A stretch of DNA of 64,000 bases from positions 64,001 to 128,000 of the forward strand of contig JAZDCZ010000289.1 in the NCBI GenBank assembly GCA_036679605.1, written 5' to 3'. The stretch's first letter is position 1. Every line of letters starts with the position of its first letter. The notes beneath the pieces were generated by a model. The model ran no database searches and was not told where the DNA came from. It saw only the letters and a list, made by a program, of their open reading frames with translations. Shown here one piece after another: positions 8,433 to 18,893 of this stretch. This stretch comes from Gemmatimonadota bacterium (GTDB lineage Bacteria; Gemmatimonadota; Gemmatimonadetes; Gemmatimonadales; GWC2-71-9). Made by a program: the position numbers and the translations under genes.

Positions 8433-9488
8433 CTACTGTCGCCAGAGGAACACTGGGCTATTACGGCCGGGCCAGACGGCAATTGAGCTTGTTCCACCGG
8501 GCAGCGTGTTGGTGGCGGTGGTGCGGTCGGTGCGGAGATCAATCTTGAGCAGTCGATTCCCGCTGTCGCCAGTGGTTACAAATGCCCAGAGTCCCTTGCC
8601 GGACAGAGCGAAAACCGAAAACTTGCCGAAATCAGTTAGTCGCATCGTAGTTGTTTGCTGTTCTAGGTCTACGAATTCTAGCTGCTGCCGCAGGGGAAAT
8701 CGGACCAACGCTCTTGGGAGTTGGGCAGATGCCGCGAGTTCAGTTCCTCCGGGTACCAATCTCAGAGAGTCCAGGGGTCGGAGCGTGACGCGGTCCAAGA
8801 AAAGGAGTTGTCCGGATTTTGCACATGTCATGTAGATGATGTTTCCACTCCGGGACGGTGCTAATCCTCCCGGGCCACATGCGGCATCGAGATCCAGGGG
8901 TACGGTTCGGACGAGGCGTCGAAGCAGCAGATCCAGCTCGGCCAATCCGGCATCGCAGCGGACATATGCCCTTTTCACTTGGCTGACGATTGCGATGGCC
9001 AGGGGAGCCGTAGAGCAGACGGAGAGCTTTTCGTACTTGCTCAACGAGGCGGCTGAGAGGAAAAAAACAACGCCCTCGCGCCCGTCGCCTTCGGTGGATC
9101 TGCCCATCATAAGAATCGTGCGTGGATCCACGATATGCATCGATCCAGAGCGCTCCGTTCGAGAGGGCAGTGTTACTTGATCAACTGCTACGCCGTCGAT
9201 CCTTCGAAGACGCAGCACCGAACTAGCCTGCTCTCCCTGGATGCCTGCGAGGAGGCTCAATCCGTCGGAGGCAAAGGCGATGTCAACTATCTGGCCCGAC
9301 GACTCGTCGGATGAGAGGTAAAGGGTGTCGGTTGGGGTAAGATCTCCGTTGAGGAGAACTATGCTTGACCCGCTACTTCCTCCAGCGACCGCAATCCACT
9401 GCGGGGCGGGTGAGCAACTAGCCAGCAGCAATAGGGCGCTGATCCATGCCCTGGATGATGAATCAGCCTGGTGGGCTGTCGTCCTCAT
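8433..9488 (-). CDS. YncE-like beta-propeller lipoprotein
   Basis: Lipobox LASC and repeated propeller-blade motifs. Confidence 0.65.
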   Translation of the reverse strand: MRTTAHQADSSSRAWISALLLLASCSPAPQWIAVAGGSSGSSIVLLNGDLTPTDTLYLSSDESSGQIVDIAFASDGLSLLAGIQGEQASSVLRLRRIDGVAVDQVTLPSRTERSGSMHIVDPRTILMMGRSTEGDGREGVVFFLSAASLSKYEKLSVCSTAPLAIAIVSQVKRAYVRCDAGLAELDLLLRRLVRTVPLDLDAACGPGGLAPSRSGNIIYMTCAKSGQLLFLDRVTLRPLDSLRLVPGGTELAASAQLPRALVRFPLRQQLEFVDLEQQTTTMRLTDFGKFSVFALSGKGLWAFVTTGDSGNRLLKIDLRTDRTTATNTLPGGTSSIAVWPGRNSPVFLWRQ

Positions 9489-10545
9489 CGATGAAGATTA
9501 GTGCCATACGGTTCTGGACGGAGGCTGTCAGGGCGTCCATCACCTTGGGGTCGATGATGGTTCCCGTAAGCACTCGCATCCGTTCCACCGCGGCCTCGGG
9601 ATCTAGCGGTTCTTGGTAGGGTCGCGCCGTTGTCAGCGCATCGTACACTTCCGCAGCGCAGATAATTCTCGCCCCGAGAGGGATGTCTTCTCCCGCTACG
9701 CCGTCGGGGTAGCCACTTCCGTCCCAGTGCTCATGGTGGCTCCTCACATACGATACGATGGCGCCCAAATGCTTAAGGGGTGCAAGAATCTGGGAGCCGA
9801 TGACTACATGCTCTTTGATGTGATTGTACTCCTCGTCGCTCAGTCTGCCTTGTTTGTCGAGTACCGACTCTTTGACTCCGATCTTGCCGAGGTCGTGAAG
9901 TCGACCCGCCATTCGGACATTATCCACTTCTTCGTCCGGTAACTCCATATGGTGTGCGATTGTGGAAACAAGAGCTGCTACGCGTGCGGAGTGACCACTG
10001 AGCCACCTGTTCTTTGCCTCGAGCGCGTTCACGAGCGCCTCCAGAGTCGCGACAGTAACCTGTTCGAGTTTGCTCCTTTCTGCTTCCAGCTCCTTGGTTC
10101 TGCGTTGCACTTCTTCCTTCAACCAAGCCGAGATCTCCTTGTTCTGGAGGCTGGTATCTCGAACCTTGAGAGCCCGGTCGACAGCGTGCGCCAGGTCGCT
10201 CAGCTCGATGGGCTTGGTCAGGTAATCTAGAGCCCCTCTCTGCATACAAAGCGCGGCACTGGTGGCGTCTGTTAGAGCACTTAGCATCACGATCGCCAAA
10301 TCGGGGTCTTGATCGAGGGCCTCCGAAACCAGGTCGATCCCGCTCATTCCGGGCATGCGAATGTCCGAGAGCATGAGTTCGTAGGAATCTTGCTCGAGAA
10401 GCTTCAACGCTTTGTCGCCAGATTCGGCTTCGGTGACGGCAAATCCACGGGTTGTCAGGAAACGAGTCAACGCCTTCCGCAGCGGCTCTTCGTCATCTAC
10501 GACGAGTAGTCGTATCGATTCCTCGGCTTTACTTGGCCCGGTCAC
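9463..10545 (-). CDS. Response regulator with HD-GYP c-di-GMP phosphodiesterase domain (RpfG-like)
   Basis: REC domain plus LHDLGK and HHEHWDGSGYP. Confidence 0.92.
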   Translation of the reverse strand: MTGPSKAEESIRLLVVDDEEPLRKALTRFLTTRGFAVTEAESGDKALKLLEQDSYELMLSDIRMPGMSGIDLVSEALDQDPDLAIVMLSALTDATSAALCMQRGALDYLTKPIELSDLAHAVDRALKVRDTSLQNKEISAWLKEEVQRRTKELEAERSKLEQVTVATLEALVNALEAKNRWLSGHSARVAALVSTIAHHMELPDEEVDNVRMAGRLHDLGKIGVKESVLDKQGRLSDEEYNHIKEHVVIGSQILAPLKHLGAIVSYVRSHHEHWDGSGYPDGVAGEDIPLGARIICAAEVYDALTTARPYQEPLDPEAAVERMRVLTGTIIDPKVMDALTASVQNRMALIFIDEDDSPPG

Positions 10546-10645
10546 TGAGAGGTTCTCATTAGGGATATCCTGAGTCGGCTACACTTAGCAGATAGAATAA
10601 CCCTCGGGACGCAGTTGGCAACGCGGGGCAGATATCCTCTAGAGT

Positions 10646-11500
10646 TCACGCGATCTCGCCATCGTCCACGAAAGTCGGTTCTACTGTCCGCGGAATGATT
10701 CCGGCAGCAGCTGCTCTATCCAGCAATTCGGCTACGGCTCGTCGCCCGTTGTTTCCGTAATCAACCGTGTAGCTATTCACGTACATTCCCACGAACTCAT
10801 CGGCCTTTGCGGCGTCCAGGCCTCGTGCGTACTGCATCGCATGTTGCAGAGCCTCTTTCCGGTGCTGCAATCCATATACGATACTGGCTCGCAAATCACG
10901 CGAAACCTGTTTGATAAGGTCTTCACCGAGATCCTTCCGAATCACATTGCCGCCCAAGGGGAGTGGAAGGCCTGTCTGCGAGAACCACCATTCCCCCATA
11001 TCGACCCAGAGGTGTAGGCCCATGTCCCCATAGGTGAGTTGACCCTCGTGGATTAGCAAGCCGGCGTCCACGTCGCCGTTGGACACGGCCGACTCAATGA
11101 CGTCGAATGGCATCACTACCGCTTCGTGCTTGGGCTGAAAGAGACGCAATGCAAGGGCCGCGGTTGTGAGAGTTCCTGGTATGGCGACCCGCATCCCTCG
11201 GACTGCGGAGCACACATCGGCGGGTGGTGGACTGAGGGCCACTAGTCGAGGACCGTAACGGTCACCCATTGATGAGCCATGAGGGAGCAGCGAGTAACTG
11301 TCCGCTAGATATGCGTAGGCGTGAATCGACACAGCTGTCACATCCAACTCGCTCTTGAGAGCCCGTTGGTTCAGCGTCTCTATGTCTGCCAGCTCGTGTT
11401 CGTACACCCGGTCCCCGGTTTGGATCTTATCAGTTGCCAGAGCGTAGAACATGAATGCATCGTCCGAGTCGGGACTATGCGCGAGAGTAATCTTCGGCAT
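10646..11500 (-). CDS. mqnD: 1,4-dihydroxy-6-naphthoate synthase (futalosine pathway)
   Basis: HSPDSDDAFMF, LIHEGQLTY, LPLPLGG, MYVN. Confidence 0.88.
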   Translation of the reverse strand: MPKITLAHSPDSDDAFMFYALATDKIQTGDRVYEHELADIETLNQRALKSELDVTAVSIHAYAYLADSYSLLPHGSSMGDRYGPRLVALSPPPADVCSAVRGMRVAIPGTLTTAALALRLFQPKHEAVVMPFDVIESAVSNGDVDAGLLIHEGQLTYGDMGLHLWVDMGEWWFSQTGLPLPLGGNVIRKDLGEDLIKQVSRDLRASIVYGLQHRKEALQHAMQYARGLDAAKADEFVGMYVNSYTVDYGNNGRRAVAELLDRAAAAGIIPRTVEPTFVDDGEIA

Positions 11501-12267
11501 CAGGCGTCTCCACCGGTGAAACTTCTTGCCCTCTCGTAGAACGAGTCGATGGTAGATCGGTGTGCCTGGTACTCTGGTCGTTGGACCGCGATTTCTCGCT
11601 GGTAATTATTGAGAAACCGCCTGTAGGCCGATAACACTGCTGCGGAGTCCCCTCTTATCTCCGCCACGGTGTGGCGCAGCGTAATTGCAAGCAAATGATC
11701 TGGCACCTCCGTCTCGATGGAATCGGCATGGGCCAGAGCACCGGTCTCGTTGCCAGTGACCGCGTTGATGAGTCCTACATCGTAGTGCGCGTCGTTGTCC
11801 AGATCACCGAGGTTCGCGTATGCTTGCAGCCCCATGGGTGTGAAGAAATTCACCTCAGCGGTATCACCGCGTTCGACGGAGGCCAATATTCTGTCGAACA
11901 GACGGTCGGCTTGCTGGCGCGGAGTCATGCTGCTGATGTCGGTTGCTGGCCGGTTCGCGAGGCCGGGGGGAGGGGCACCGGTTTGCTGGGGCGACTGCCC
12001 CGAACTGGGTAATCGGACGGCAAGTACGATGATCAGCACGACTACCGCTGCTCCGGCGACGGCCCATGGTAACGCCGATGTGGTTCCGCCTTTCTTGGGT
12101 CTGGTCTCGGTTGGCGAACCACACGCGTGGCAGAACCGAGCACCTGGGGAGATGGGTGAACCGCAGGACGAGCAAGTCGCGGCCGCAAGCGTGGCGCCAC
12201 AGCCGCTGCAGAATCTTCCTGTTGCGGTTTGTCCACAACTAGGGCATTTAGTAGTTGCATGGTTCAT
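11500..12267 (-). CDS. Double zinc-ribbon membrane-anchored protein
   Basis: Four CxxC pairs, one TM helix, helical C-terminus. Confidence 0.75.
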   Translation of the reverse strand: MNHATTKCPSCGQTATGRFCSGCGATLAAATCSSCGSPISPGARFCHACGSPTETRPKKGGTTSALPWAVAGAAVVVLIIVLAVRLPSSGQSPQQTGAPPPGLANRPATDISSMTPRQQADRLFDRILASVERGDTAEVNFFTPMGLQAYANLGDLDNDAHYDVGLINAVTGNETGALAHADSIETEVPDHLLAITLRHTVAEIRGDSAAVLSAYRRFLNNYQREIAVQRPEYQAHRSTIDSFYERARSFTGGDA

Positions 12268-12341
12268 GAGTTGATCACGTGTCTAGAAATTGGTGCCTGC
12301 GTAACGTCACTAATATAGACGGATGGCCCGGGAGCGCGCCT

Positions 12342-14594
12342 TTGACAACAAACAAGTTGTGGATTCTCTGCCTGATTCTCACGGTGCCTGGAGGACTCGC
12401 GGCCCAGGGCACTAGGACTGTCCGGGGTCGAGTCCTGTCGTCTGTCGATAGCACGGGTCTCTCTGGAGTACGCGTCAAGGTTGTAGGATCTGCATCCGCT
12501 GCTGTTAGCAATGCTGTGGGCGAGTTTGCATTGACGGCACTGCCACGCCAAGCGCTGCGCGTCGCGTTCGAACGAATTGGCCTCATTGCCGATACCGTTG
12601 GCCTGTCGGCCGATCAAACCACATTGACCGTTTATCTCGGGTTATCGGCGATTGCGCTCAAGGCGGTCCAGGGTGCCCCAACTCCGGTGGCTCGCGAGCG
12701 TTTCGAGTCGGTCGCCCAGACCAGTACCGTAACCCTAAGTCCCAAAGAGATTACCAACACTCCGACTCTCGCCGAGCCCGATATTGCCCGGGTGGTTCAA
12801 CTCCTGCCCGGGACGGTTGCCAAGAATGACTTCAACGTCGGATTCAACGTTCGGGGAGGAGAAGCGGATCAGAATCTTGTACTGCTCGACGGAGTTCAGA
12901 TTTTCAATCCGAGCCATCTTGGAGGCATCTTCAGCACGTTTGACAACGCAGCGGTCGATCACGTGGACTTTCTGACCGGTGCATTTCCCTCTCGATTCGG
13001 CGGTCGCTTGAGCAGCGTGATGGACGTCGAGCTTCGCGACGGGAACCCGAGTTCTACAGATGTGCATGGCAATTTGTCTGCTCTGTCTGCCAAACTTCTC
13101 GTGGAGGGACCTATTGGAGGTTCCGGTGCGTCCTACTTGATCGGCGCCCGGAGGACTTATGCAGATCTCGTCGTAGCACCGTTTCGCGAGGACGGATTCC
13201 CCTACTACTTCGGTGACATCGTTGGCAAAGCCACCTTCCCGCTGGCGGGCGGCGGTACGGTGGCTGTCACCGGGTATGTTGGGCGCGACGTTCTAGACCT
13301 GCCCTTTCTCGATGCGGAGCCGGGTCGCGAAGGAATTGATCTAGAGTTCGACTGGGGGAACCGATTGCTTGGTATCAATTTTCGCCAGCCCCTCGGCGAC
13401 GTCGTGCTCGAGCAACACTTCAGTGCCAGTGGATTCACAACCTCTCTCGGCCTTGAGCCCGATGTGCGCCGGCTCGAAAACTCGAGCCGCGTCCTGACTG
13501 CCAGGACGAGCCTTGAGTTTTCATTAGGTGCAACGAATGAGGTTCGAGTAGGAGGAGGCGTCGAGGACTACAGCATGAGCCTGACGGTGGACAGCAAGTC
13601 ACTCGACATAAACGACCTTGCGCTCGACTTTGATCCCACGGTTTTGTCGGCTTTCATAGATGATCAGTGGCGTCCATTTTCTTGGATGCTGTTGCGTCCT
13701 GGGGTCCGAGTCGAGCGGATCGGCGGTGGAGCTAGCTTCACCGGAGTCTCGCCCAGGGCAAGCATGAAGGTGTTCGTCACTAAGGATTTCGCGCTTACGG
13801 GGTCAGCGGGCAGGTTCTATCAGCCGATCCACTCAATACGCGATCAAGAACTGCCGGTGACTCTGTTCGACTTTTGGATAGGTGCTGACAAGAATACCCC
13901 CGTGGCTCGCTCCGACCAGTTCGTACTCGGACTCGAGAAGTGGATAGGCGAGGAGGTTTCCATGTCAGTGGAAGGCTACACAAAAACCTTCGACAATTTA
14001 GTGTTTCAGAATCCAGCCGACGACCCCAAGGTAAGAGGGGACGAATTCAGGCCGGCTACGGGCGACGCCCGCGGCATCGACGTGTTGATTAGGAAGTATT
14101 CGGGCGACGTAACTGGATGGATTTCGTACAGCATCGCGAAAACCACGCGCCGGTCAGAGGGGCAAGAGTTTCCCCCGGCGCACGATCGCAGGCACACCCT
14201 GAATGTAGTGCTACAGACCAAAGGGCCATTGGGAAGCCAAATGGGTGCACGTTGGGGCTATGGCTCGCCCATACCCTTCACCGGGATAGTGGGCCAGTGG
14301 CTCCACCGCCAGTACAGCGCCCGACTCAACACGTTCAACAGGATCGACGACGAAGCCATCAGCACAACCATTAACGCGCGGCGGTTTCCGTTCTATTCTC
14401 GTCTGGACCTAAGCTTCCGGTGGGAAGTAGAAAAGTGGGGTGCGACTTGGCACCCGTACCTGCAAGTGGTCAACGCCTTTAATCGCACTAACGTATGGGT
14501 TTATACCTTCGACTTTGATCGAGCCCCACCTACCAGATCAGGTTTCTCTCAGTTACCGATCCTTCCGACCATTGGAGTGGACTTCGAATGGTGA
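12342..14594 (+). CDS. TonB-dependent receptor
   Basis: Carboxypeptidase-regulatory-like N-domain, plug (VRGGEADQNLVLLDG), C-terminal aromatic FEW. Probable TTG start at 12342 after GGAG. ORF is open from 12279. Confidence 0.9.
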   Translation: MTTNKLWILCLILTVPGGLAAQGTRTVRGRVLSSVDSTGLSGVRVKVVGSASAAVSNAVGEFALTALPRQALRVAFERIGLIADTVGLSADQTTLTVYLGLSAIALKAVQGAPTPVARERFESVAQTSTVTLSPKEITNTPTLAEPDIARVVQLLPGTVAKNDFNVGFNVRGGEADQNLVLLDGVQIFNPSHLGGIFSTFDNAAVDHVDFLTGAFPSRFGGRLSSVMDVELRDGNPSSTDVHGNLSALSAKLLVEGPIGGSGASYLIGARRTYADLVVAPFREDGFPYYFGDIVGKATFPLAGGGTVAVTGYVGRDVLDLPFLDAEPGREGIDLEFDWGNRLLGINFRQPLGDVVLEQHFSASGFTTSLGLEPDVRRLENSSRVLTARTSLEFSLGATNEVRVGGGVEDYSMSLTVDSKSLDINDLALDFDPTVLSAFIDDQWRPFSWMLLRPGVRVERIGGGASFTGVSPRASMKVFVTKDFALTGSAGRFYQPIHSIRDQELPVTLFDFWIGADKNTPVARSDQFVLGLEKWIGEEVSMSVEGYTKTFDNLVFQNPADDPKVRGDEFRPATGDARGIDVLIRKYSGDVTGWISYSIAKTTRRSEGQEFPPAHDRRHTLNVVLQTKGPLGSQMGARWGYGSPIPFTGIVGQWLHRQYSARLNTFNRIDDEAISTTINARRFPFYSRLDLSFRWEVEKWGATWHPYLQVVNAFNRTNVWVYTFDFDRAPPTRSGFSQLPILPTIGVDFEW

Positions 14595-14794
14595 CCGGAG
14601 GAACTGCCAGACATTTTCTGGTGGTTGGGTGCAGCGTGTTGATCTCTGGTTGTGACCTCAAAGAGGTAGTCGTTCCCGTCGGCGAGCCAACGGTGGTGGT
14701 GCAAGCGGTGATGCGTCCGGATCTCGGAGGACGGTACCTCCTTGGAAACGGCAGTGACACGTCTACCGCGATCCCAAGTCACGAGTTACTCTAG
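14588..14794 (+). pseudogene. Truncated TBDR-partner lipoprotein (DUF4249-like N-terminus only)
   Basis: Lipobox ISGC then VVVPVGEPTVVVQAVMRPD, overlapping the TBDR stop. Ends at 68 aa. Confidence 0.55.
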
Positions 14795-14797
14795 CCT

Positions 14798-15103
14798 ATG
14801 ACTGAGGACAGCGACCGTAGGATCGCACAGAGCCGCTTCGAGCCTTCCCTTGCCGAAATCAAAGCTCGTCAGATGGGTGAACTGACCCGCGGCCAGAGCC
14901 ACTGGGACGTGTTGCTCGAGGTCGCAAGGGACAGCGCACTAGGAGCTATCCGCGGCCGGATCCACTTCATTTCGGGCAATATCCACCGACTGTCGGGTTG
15001 GATTTTTCTGGAATGGTCCGACAAGGACGTCCAGGCCCGGTTCTCGGCGTTTTCTGCGCAGGATCTATGGAATCTTCTCGATTCGCTCGGGGTAGGTACA
15101 TAA
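14798..15103 (+). CDS. Hypothetical protein
   Basis: 101-aa ORF co-oriented with neighbours, protein-like composition. Confidence 0.65.
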   Translation: MTEDSDRRIAQSRFEPSLAEIKARQMGELTRGQSHWDVLLEVARDSALGAIRGRIHFISGNIHRLSGWIFLEWSDKDVQARFSAFSAQDLWNLLDSLGVGT

Positions 15104-15218
15104 TCGGGTTTCCACCTCAAATGTTGCATCAGTGACACATTTTCCAAACAAATCATACATCAATTATCTATTCTATCGTGGTATGTTCACGAATTGGTGT
15201 GAAAATTGCACGAACTAC

Positions 15219-15248
15219 TTGACATAACCAGTCAGGTGTCGATAACCT
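15219..15248 (+). promoter_or_regulatory. Putative glnA promoter
   Basis: Perfect TTGACA at 15219-15224 with a weak -10 (TAACCT) ahead of a GGAG-TTG start. Confidence 0.45.
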
Positions 15249-15274
15249 CAGTAAACACTAGCTCGGAGCCTAAA

Positions 15275-16681
15275 TTGTCACACCACAAATCTCTCACTGT
15301 ACCCGGCCCCGACAAAAAGTCGGCTGTTCGCGGCAAGGTCATAGATACCAAGGGAGCAAGCGGCAGCGATATCGTGAAGCTGGCCCACGAACTCGAGGTG
15401 GACTTTCTCCGACTGCAGTTCAGCGACGTCACGGGTATCAACAAGAATGTGGAGGTGCCGGAAAGTCAGTTCGAGAAGGCGGTTGAAGGTGATGTGATGT
15501 TCGATGGGTCCTCTATCGAGGGCTTCGCCCGCATTGAAGAGAGCGACATGGTCCTGAAGCCCGACCTCGACACGTTCAAGGTCTTCCCCTACGATGACGA
15601 GGGTGGGCGGGTTGCGAGGTTGATCTGTGATATCTATGTACCCGACGGTACGCCGTTCGCTGGTTGTCCCCGCCTGACCCTAAAACGTCAGATAGCTCAT
15701 GCCAAGAAGATGGGGTTTCAGATGACGGCGGGTTGCGAAGCGGAGTTCTTCATCTTCCATCTAGGTGAACACGGAGAAGCATCGCTCGACACGCACGATT
15801 CGGGTGGGTATTTCGACTTGGCCCCAGTTGATAAGGCCGAGCCCATTCGTCGATTGATCATCCAGGATCTAGAGCATTTGGGTTTCGAAGTGGAAGCAGG
15901 TCACCACGAGGTGGCTGGTGGACAACACGAAGTGGACTTCAGGTATGCCGACGCTCTAACCACGGCGGACAACCTCGCAACATTTCGCTTCATCGTGCGT
16001 ACGCTGGCGTATCGTCACGGGTTCATGGCTACCTTCATGCCCAAGCCCATTGAGGGAAACAATGGCTCGGGCATGCATACCCATCAGTCTCTACTTCTAG
16101 AGAATGGAATGAACGCCTTCTACGATCCGAAGGCCAAATGGGAAATCTCCGATACGGGGTTGGCTTACATAGCAGGATTGCTGAAACACGCCTGCGGTTT
16201 CGTGGCCGTCACCAATCCGTTGGTCAACAGCTACAAACGGCTCGTGCCGGGTTTCGAGGCTCCTACGAACGTCGCATGGAGTATGCGCAATCGATCCCCA
16301 CTGATTCGGATTCCCGACCGTCGCGGCCAAGGTACGAGGTGTGAGTTGCGGATGCCGGATCCCTCGGCCAATCCCTATCTTGCGCTGGCGGTCCAGTTGG
16401 CTGCGGGGCTTGACGGAGTATCGAACAAATGGTCCCCGCCGGATCCAGTCAATAAGAACATCTTCACGATGAGCCATCGCGAGAGGCGCAAGTATCGCAT
16501 AGATGAACTGCCAAGGGATCTGCACGAAGCGTTAGATCAGCTTGAGAAAGACCAGGTCATCCGCGATGCTCTAGGCAGTCACATCTTTGAGCGGTTTATG
16601 GAGGCCAAGCGCCAGGAGTGGCGTGAATACTCTGCTATGGTGAGCGACTGGGAGGTGGGAAAGTACCTAGGCAGCTACTGA
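15275..16681 (+). CDS. glnA: Glutamine synthetase type I (GSI-alpha-like)
   Basis: FDGSSIEGF, HHEVAGGQHE, FMPKP..NGSGMHTHQS, ELRMPDPSANPYLA. Probable TTG start at 15275. Confidence 0.95.
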   Translation: MSHHKSLTVPGPDKKSAVRGKVIDTKGASGSDIVKLAHELEVDFLRLQFSDVTGINKNVEVPESQFEKAVEGDVMFDGSSIEGFARIEESDMVLKPDLDTFKVFPYDDEGGRVARLICDIYVPDGTPFAGCPRLTLKRQIAHAKKMGFQMTAGCEAEFFIFHLGEHGEASLDTHDSGGYFDLAPVDKAEPIRRLIIQDLEHLGFEVEAGHHEVAGGQHEVDFRYADALTTADNLATFRFIVRTLAYRHGFMATFMPKPIEGNNGSGMHTHQSLLLENGMNAFYDPKAKWEISDTGLAYIAGLLKHACGFVAVTNPLVNSYKRLVPGFEAPTNVAWSMRNRSPLIRIPDRRGQGTRCELRMPDPSANPYLALAVQLAAGLDGVSNKWSPPDPVNKNIFTMSHRERRKYRIDELPRDLHEALDQLEKDQVIRDALGSHIFERFMEAKRQEWREYSAMVSDWEVGKYLGSY

Positions 16682-16723
16682 GCCGATAACTAACTAGATT
16701 CCCTTTTCAGGATCGTACGATCT

Positions 16724-16761
16724 GTCCCGGTGCCGCCATGCGGTATCGGGACGTTCTGTTT
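16724..16761 (+). terminator. Terminator after glnA
   Basis: 13-bp stem 16724-16736/16740-16752 followed by a T-rich tail. Confidence 0.65.
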
Positions 16762-16781
16762 AGGTTTTAGCTCGGTTTTTC

Positions 16782-18350
16782 ATGAAGCTACTGATTTCTC
16801 TGTGTGTTCTGCTTACGGTTTCGCGGTTGTTGCCGGCACAGGTCGTCTCGCGCGATCTGAGTTCTGTTATAGACAGCATCGAGATAGTCAATCAGAATGT
16901 TTTTAGCGAAACGGAAGCTAGCTCGAGCTTCTTGTTTCGCGTGGCGAACTCCATCCGAGTGAGTACCCGTACAGGCGTGGTGCGTCGCGAGTTGCTCTTC
17001 AAGGTGGGTGAGTCGTACGACTCTGCAACCGCAGCAGAGACCGAGAGGAATCTCCGCAGACTAGGGATATTCCGCGATGTTACCATCGATACCGTTCGGG
17101 TTGATGGGCGCCTGACGGCAGTCGTGAGAACCGCGGACGGTTGGACGACAGACTTGCAACTGAACGCCCGTTCCACGGGCGGCGAGTTTTCCTGGGCCGC
17201 AGGTCTGCTCGAGCGAAATTTTCTGGGAAGTGCCACGAGCCTAGGGGCAAGTTACCGTAACGAGCCCGACCGGACCGCGGTGGCGGTGATATTCGCCGCT
17301 GACAGAACATTCGGGTCCAGAATAGCTGTCCAGGGACTCTACGATGACCTTAGTGATGGCAGGCGCGGCTTCTGGTCGATGGGTCTTCCTTTCAGAGCAT
17401 TTACCGACAGGAGATCCTTCAATTTTACCGGTGCGGCAAGCAAGGAGCGGATACTCCAGTTCAGGGACGGCAACTTGTTTGCGACGTTTCGGCGCCGGAT
17501 GTTCCGACAGCGCGGTCAGGTCGCGATCGCTCCGATTGCAACGAGTGCCGGATACGTTCGCGTCGGCGTAGCAGGCCAGATCAAGCGTGAAGAATACCTG
17601 CCGGAAGCAGCCATAGGTTCGCTCGTGCCGGATACGGTAACGGGTGCATTGGGGGTCTTCGCCGACCTGCGGAAAGCTCGATTCAGGGTCGTAACTCATT
17701 ACAACGGATTCGCACGGGAAGTGGACATAGACTTGAGTACAAGGGTTTCCCTGACTTCGTGGTTTGCGCCCAGCGCGTTTGGCTATGAGAAAACTGGTGT
17801 CGGAGGTGGCATCGCGGTGCGTACGGGTGGATCACTCGGTCGGAGTTTTGGATGGGTCCAGGTTAGAGCCAATGGATTGTTTACGTCTTCATCCGGTCTT
17901 GATTCAGGTCGCGTTTCGGTGAGTGTAACCGGTGTCTCACAGATTCTCTCGAAAAGTGCATCGGTCTTTCATCTGGAGGCGGGTTCGCTACGGCGCACGG
18001 CTCCGGGAACCGAATTCGATCTGGGCCATGGGTTCGGGCCGAGGGCGTTTGGTGTCCACGCTTTCACCGGGACCAGGACGGTGTGGGGATCGCTCGAACA
18101 CCGTGCGTTCCTGGCCGACGAGGTTTTCGGTTTGCTGGGGCTTGGGGTTGCGGGCTTTGTGGACTATGGAGGAGCCTGGTTTGCAAATCAGGGCGCGCGG
18201 GTTGGTGGTGACGTAGGTGGTGGCATTCGCTTCGGTTCGACGAGGGCAACCGGCCCGAATATCGGTCGGATCGATATTGCGTATCGTTTCGGCGACGGTA
18301 TAGGGTCGAGTCGCTGGATTGTCCTGTTCGGGCGCGGCTTCTTTTTCTGA
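16782..18350 (+). CDS. BamA/TamA-like outer-membrane protein with POTRA domain
   Basis: Signal peptide, RELLFKVGE..ETERNLRRLGIF POTRA motif, C-terminal F. Confidence 0.8.
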   Translation: MKLLISLCVLLTVSRLLPAQVVSRDLSSVIDSIEIVNQNVFSETEASSSFLFRVANSIRVSTRTGVVRRELLFKVGESYDSATAAETERNLRRLGIFRDVTIDTVRVDGRLTAVVRTADGWTTDLQLNARSTGGEFSWAAGLLERNFLGSATSLGASYRNEPDRTAVAVIFAADRTFGSRIAVQGLYDDLSDGRRGFWSMGLPFRAFTDRRSFNFTGAASKERILQFRDGNLFATFRRRMFRQRGQVAIAPIATSAGYVRVGVAGQIKREEYLPEAAIGSLVPDTVTGALGVFADLRKARFRVVTHYNGFAREVDIDLSTRVSLTSWFAPSAFGYEKTGVGGGIAVRTGGSLGRSFGWVQVRANGLFTSSSGLDSGRVSVSVTGVSQILSKSASVFHLEAGSLRRTAPGTEFDLGHGFGPRAFGVHAFTGTRTVWGSLEHRAFLADEVFGLLGLGVAGFVDYGGAWFANQGARVGGDVGGGIRFGSTRATGPNIGRIDIAYRFGDGIGSSRWIVLFGRGFFF

Positions 18351-18893
18351 GGCGTCGACCTCGGCACTCTCTGGCTGCCTGCTGCCCACTTCTTGTCTGA
18401 CGGACGACCAATATGCCCTGGCTAGCTGTTCGACAAGAGGCTTAACCCGCTCGCGCAGTGTAGTCAATTTGTCTGACGGTATCGCGCCGAGCAGTTTTCT
18501 CGACGACCAAGTCGGCGTGTAGACCATCTTGGTGGAATCCCGCATCAACAGTGTTAGCTGTCGCACTTCCAGCGAGGCTGTGTAGAAGTACTGCCTACTG
18601 GAGAGTCGGAGCAGCTGTAGCACGAGATGCACGGCCGGATTGCCGATGGTTTGCTGCCACTCCGGTTGGGTCAAGATCGTGATATTATTGCGACTCAGGA
18701 TCGATGCTATGTCTGCCCGCAGTGAGTCGGGGGACAACCCCTCAATAGTGCGCGGAACGCCGGTTACCTCGATATAGAATCCAGGAATAACCGCAAGGCT
18801 CTCGAATTCGAGTCGGCTGCGACCCGACTGAGCCCATCCGGTTGATGACACTGAAAGAGCTGTAGCAACCAGCAATAAAGTGCGCGACCACAT
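17988..18893 (-). CDS. Secreted hypothetical protein with an apparent C-terminal run-on into the convergent gene
   Basis: Signal peptide MWSRTLLLVATAL..WAQ. Globular-looking to ~18400, then overlaps the OMP gene by 363 nt. Confidence 0.65.
   Translation of the reverse strand: MWSRTLLLVATALSVSSTGWAQSGRSRLEFESLAVIPGFYIEVTGVPRTIEGLSPDSLRADIASILSRNNITILTQPEWQQTIGNPAVHLVLQLLRLSSRQYFYTASLEVRQLTLLMRDSTKMVYTPTWSSRKLLGAIPSDKLTTLRERVKPLVEQLARAYWSSVRQEVGSRQPESAEVDASEKEAAPEQDNPATRPYTVAETIRNIDPTDIRAGCPRRTEANATTYVTTNPRALICKPGSSIVHKARNPKPQQTENLVGQERTVFERSPHRPGPGESVDTKRPRPEPMAQIEFGSRSRAP

Noticed and set aside
15104..15218. NtrC/GlnR sites upstream of glnA
   Set aside because: Only weak partial palindromes, with no convincing consensus or sigma54 -24/-12
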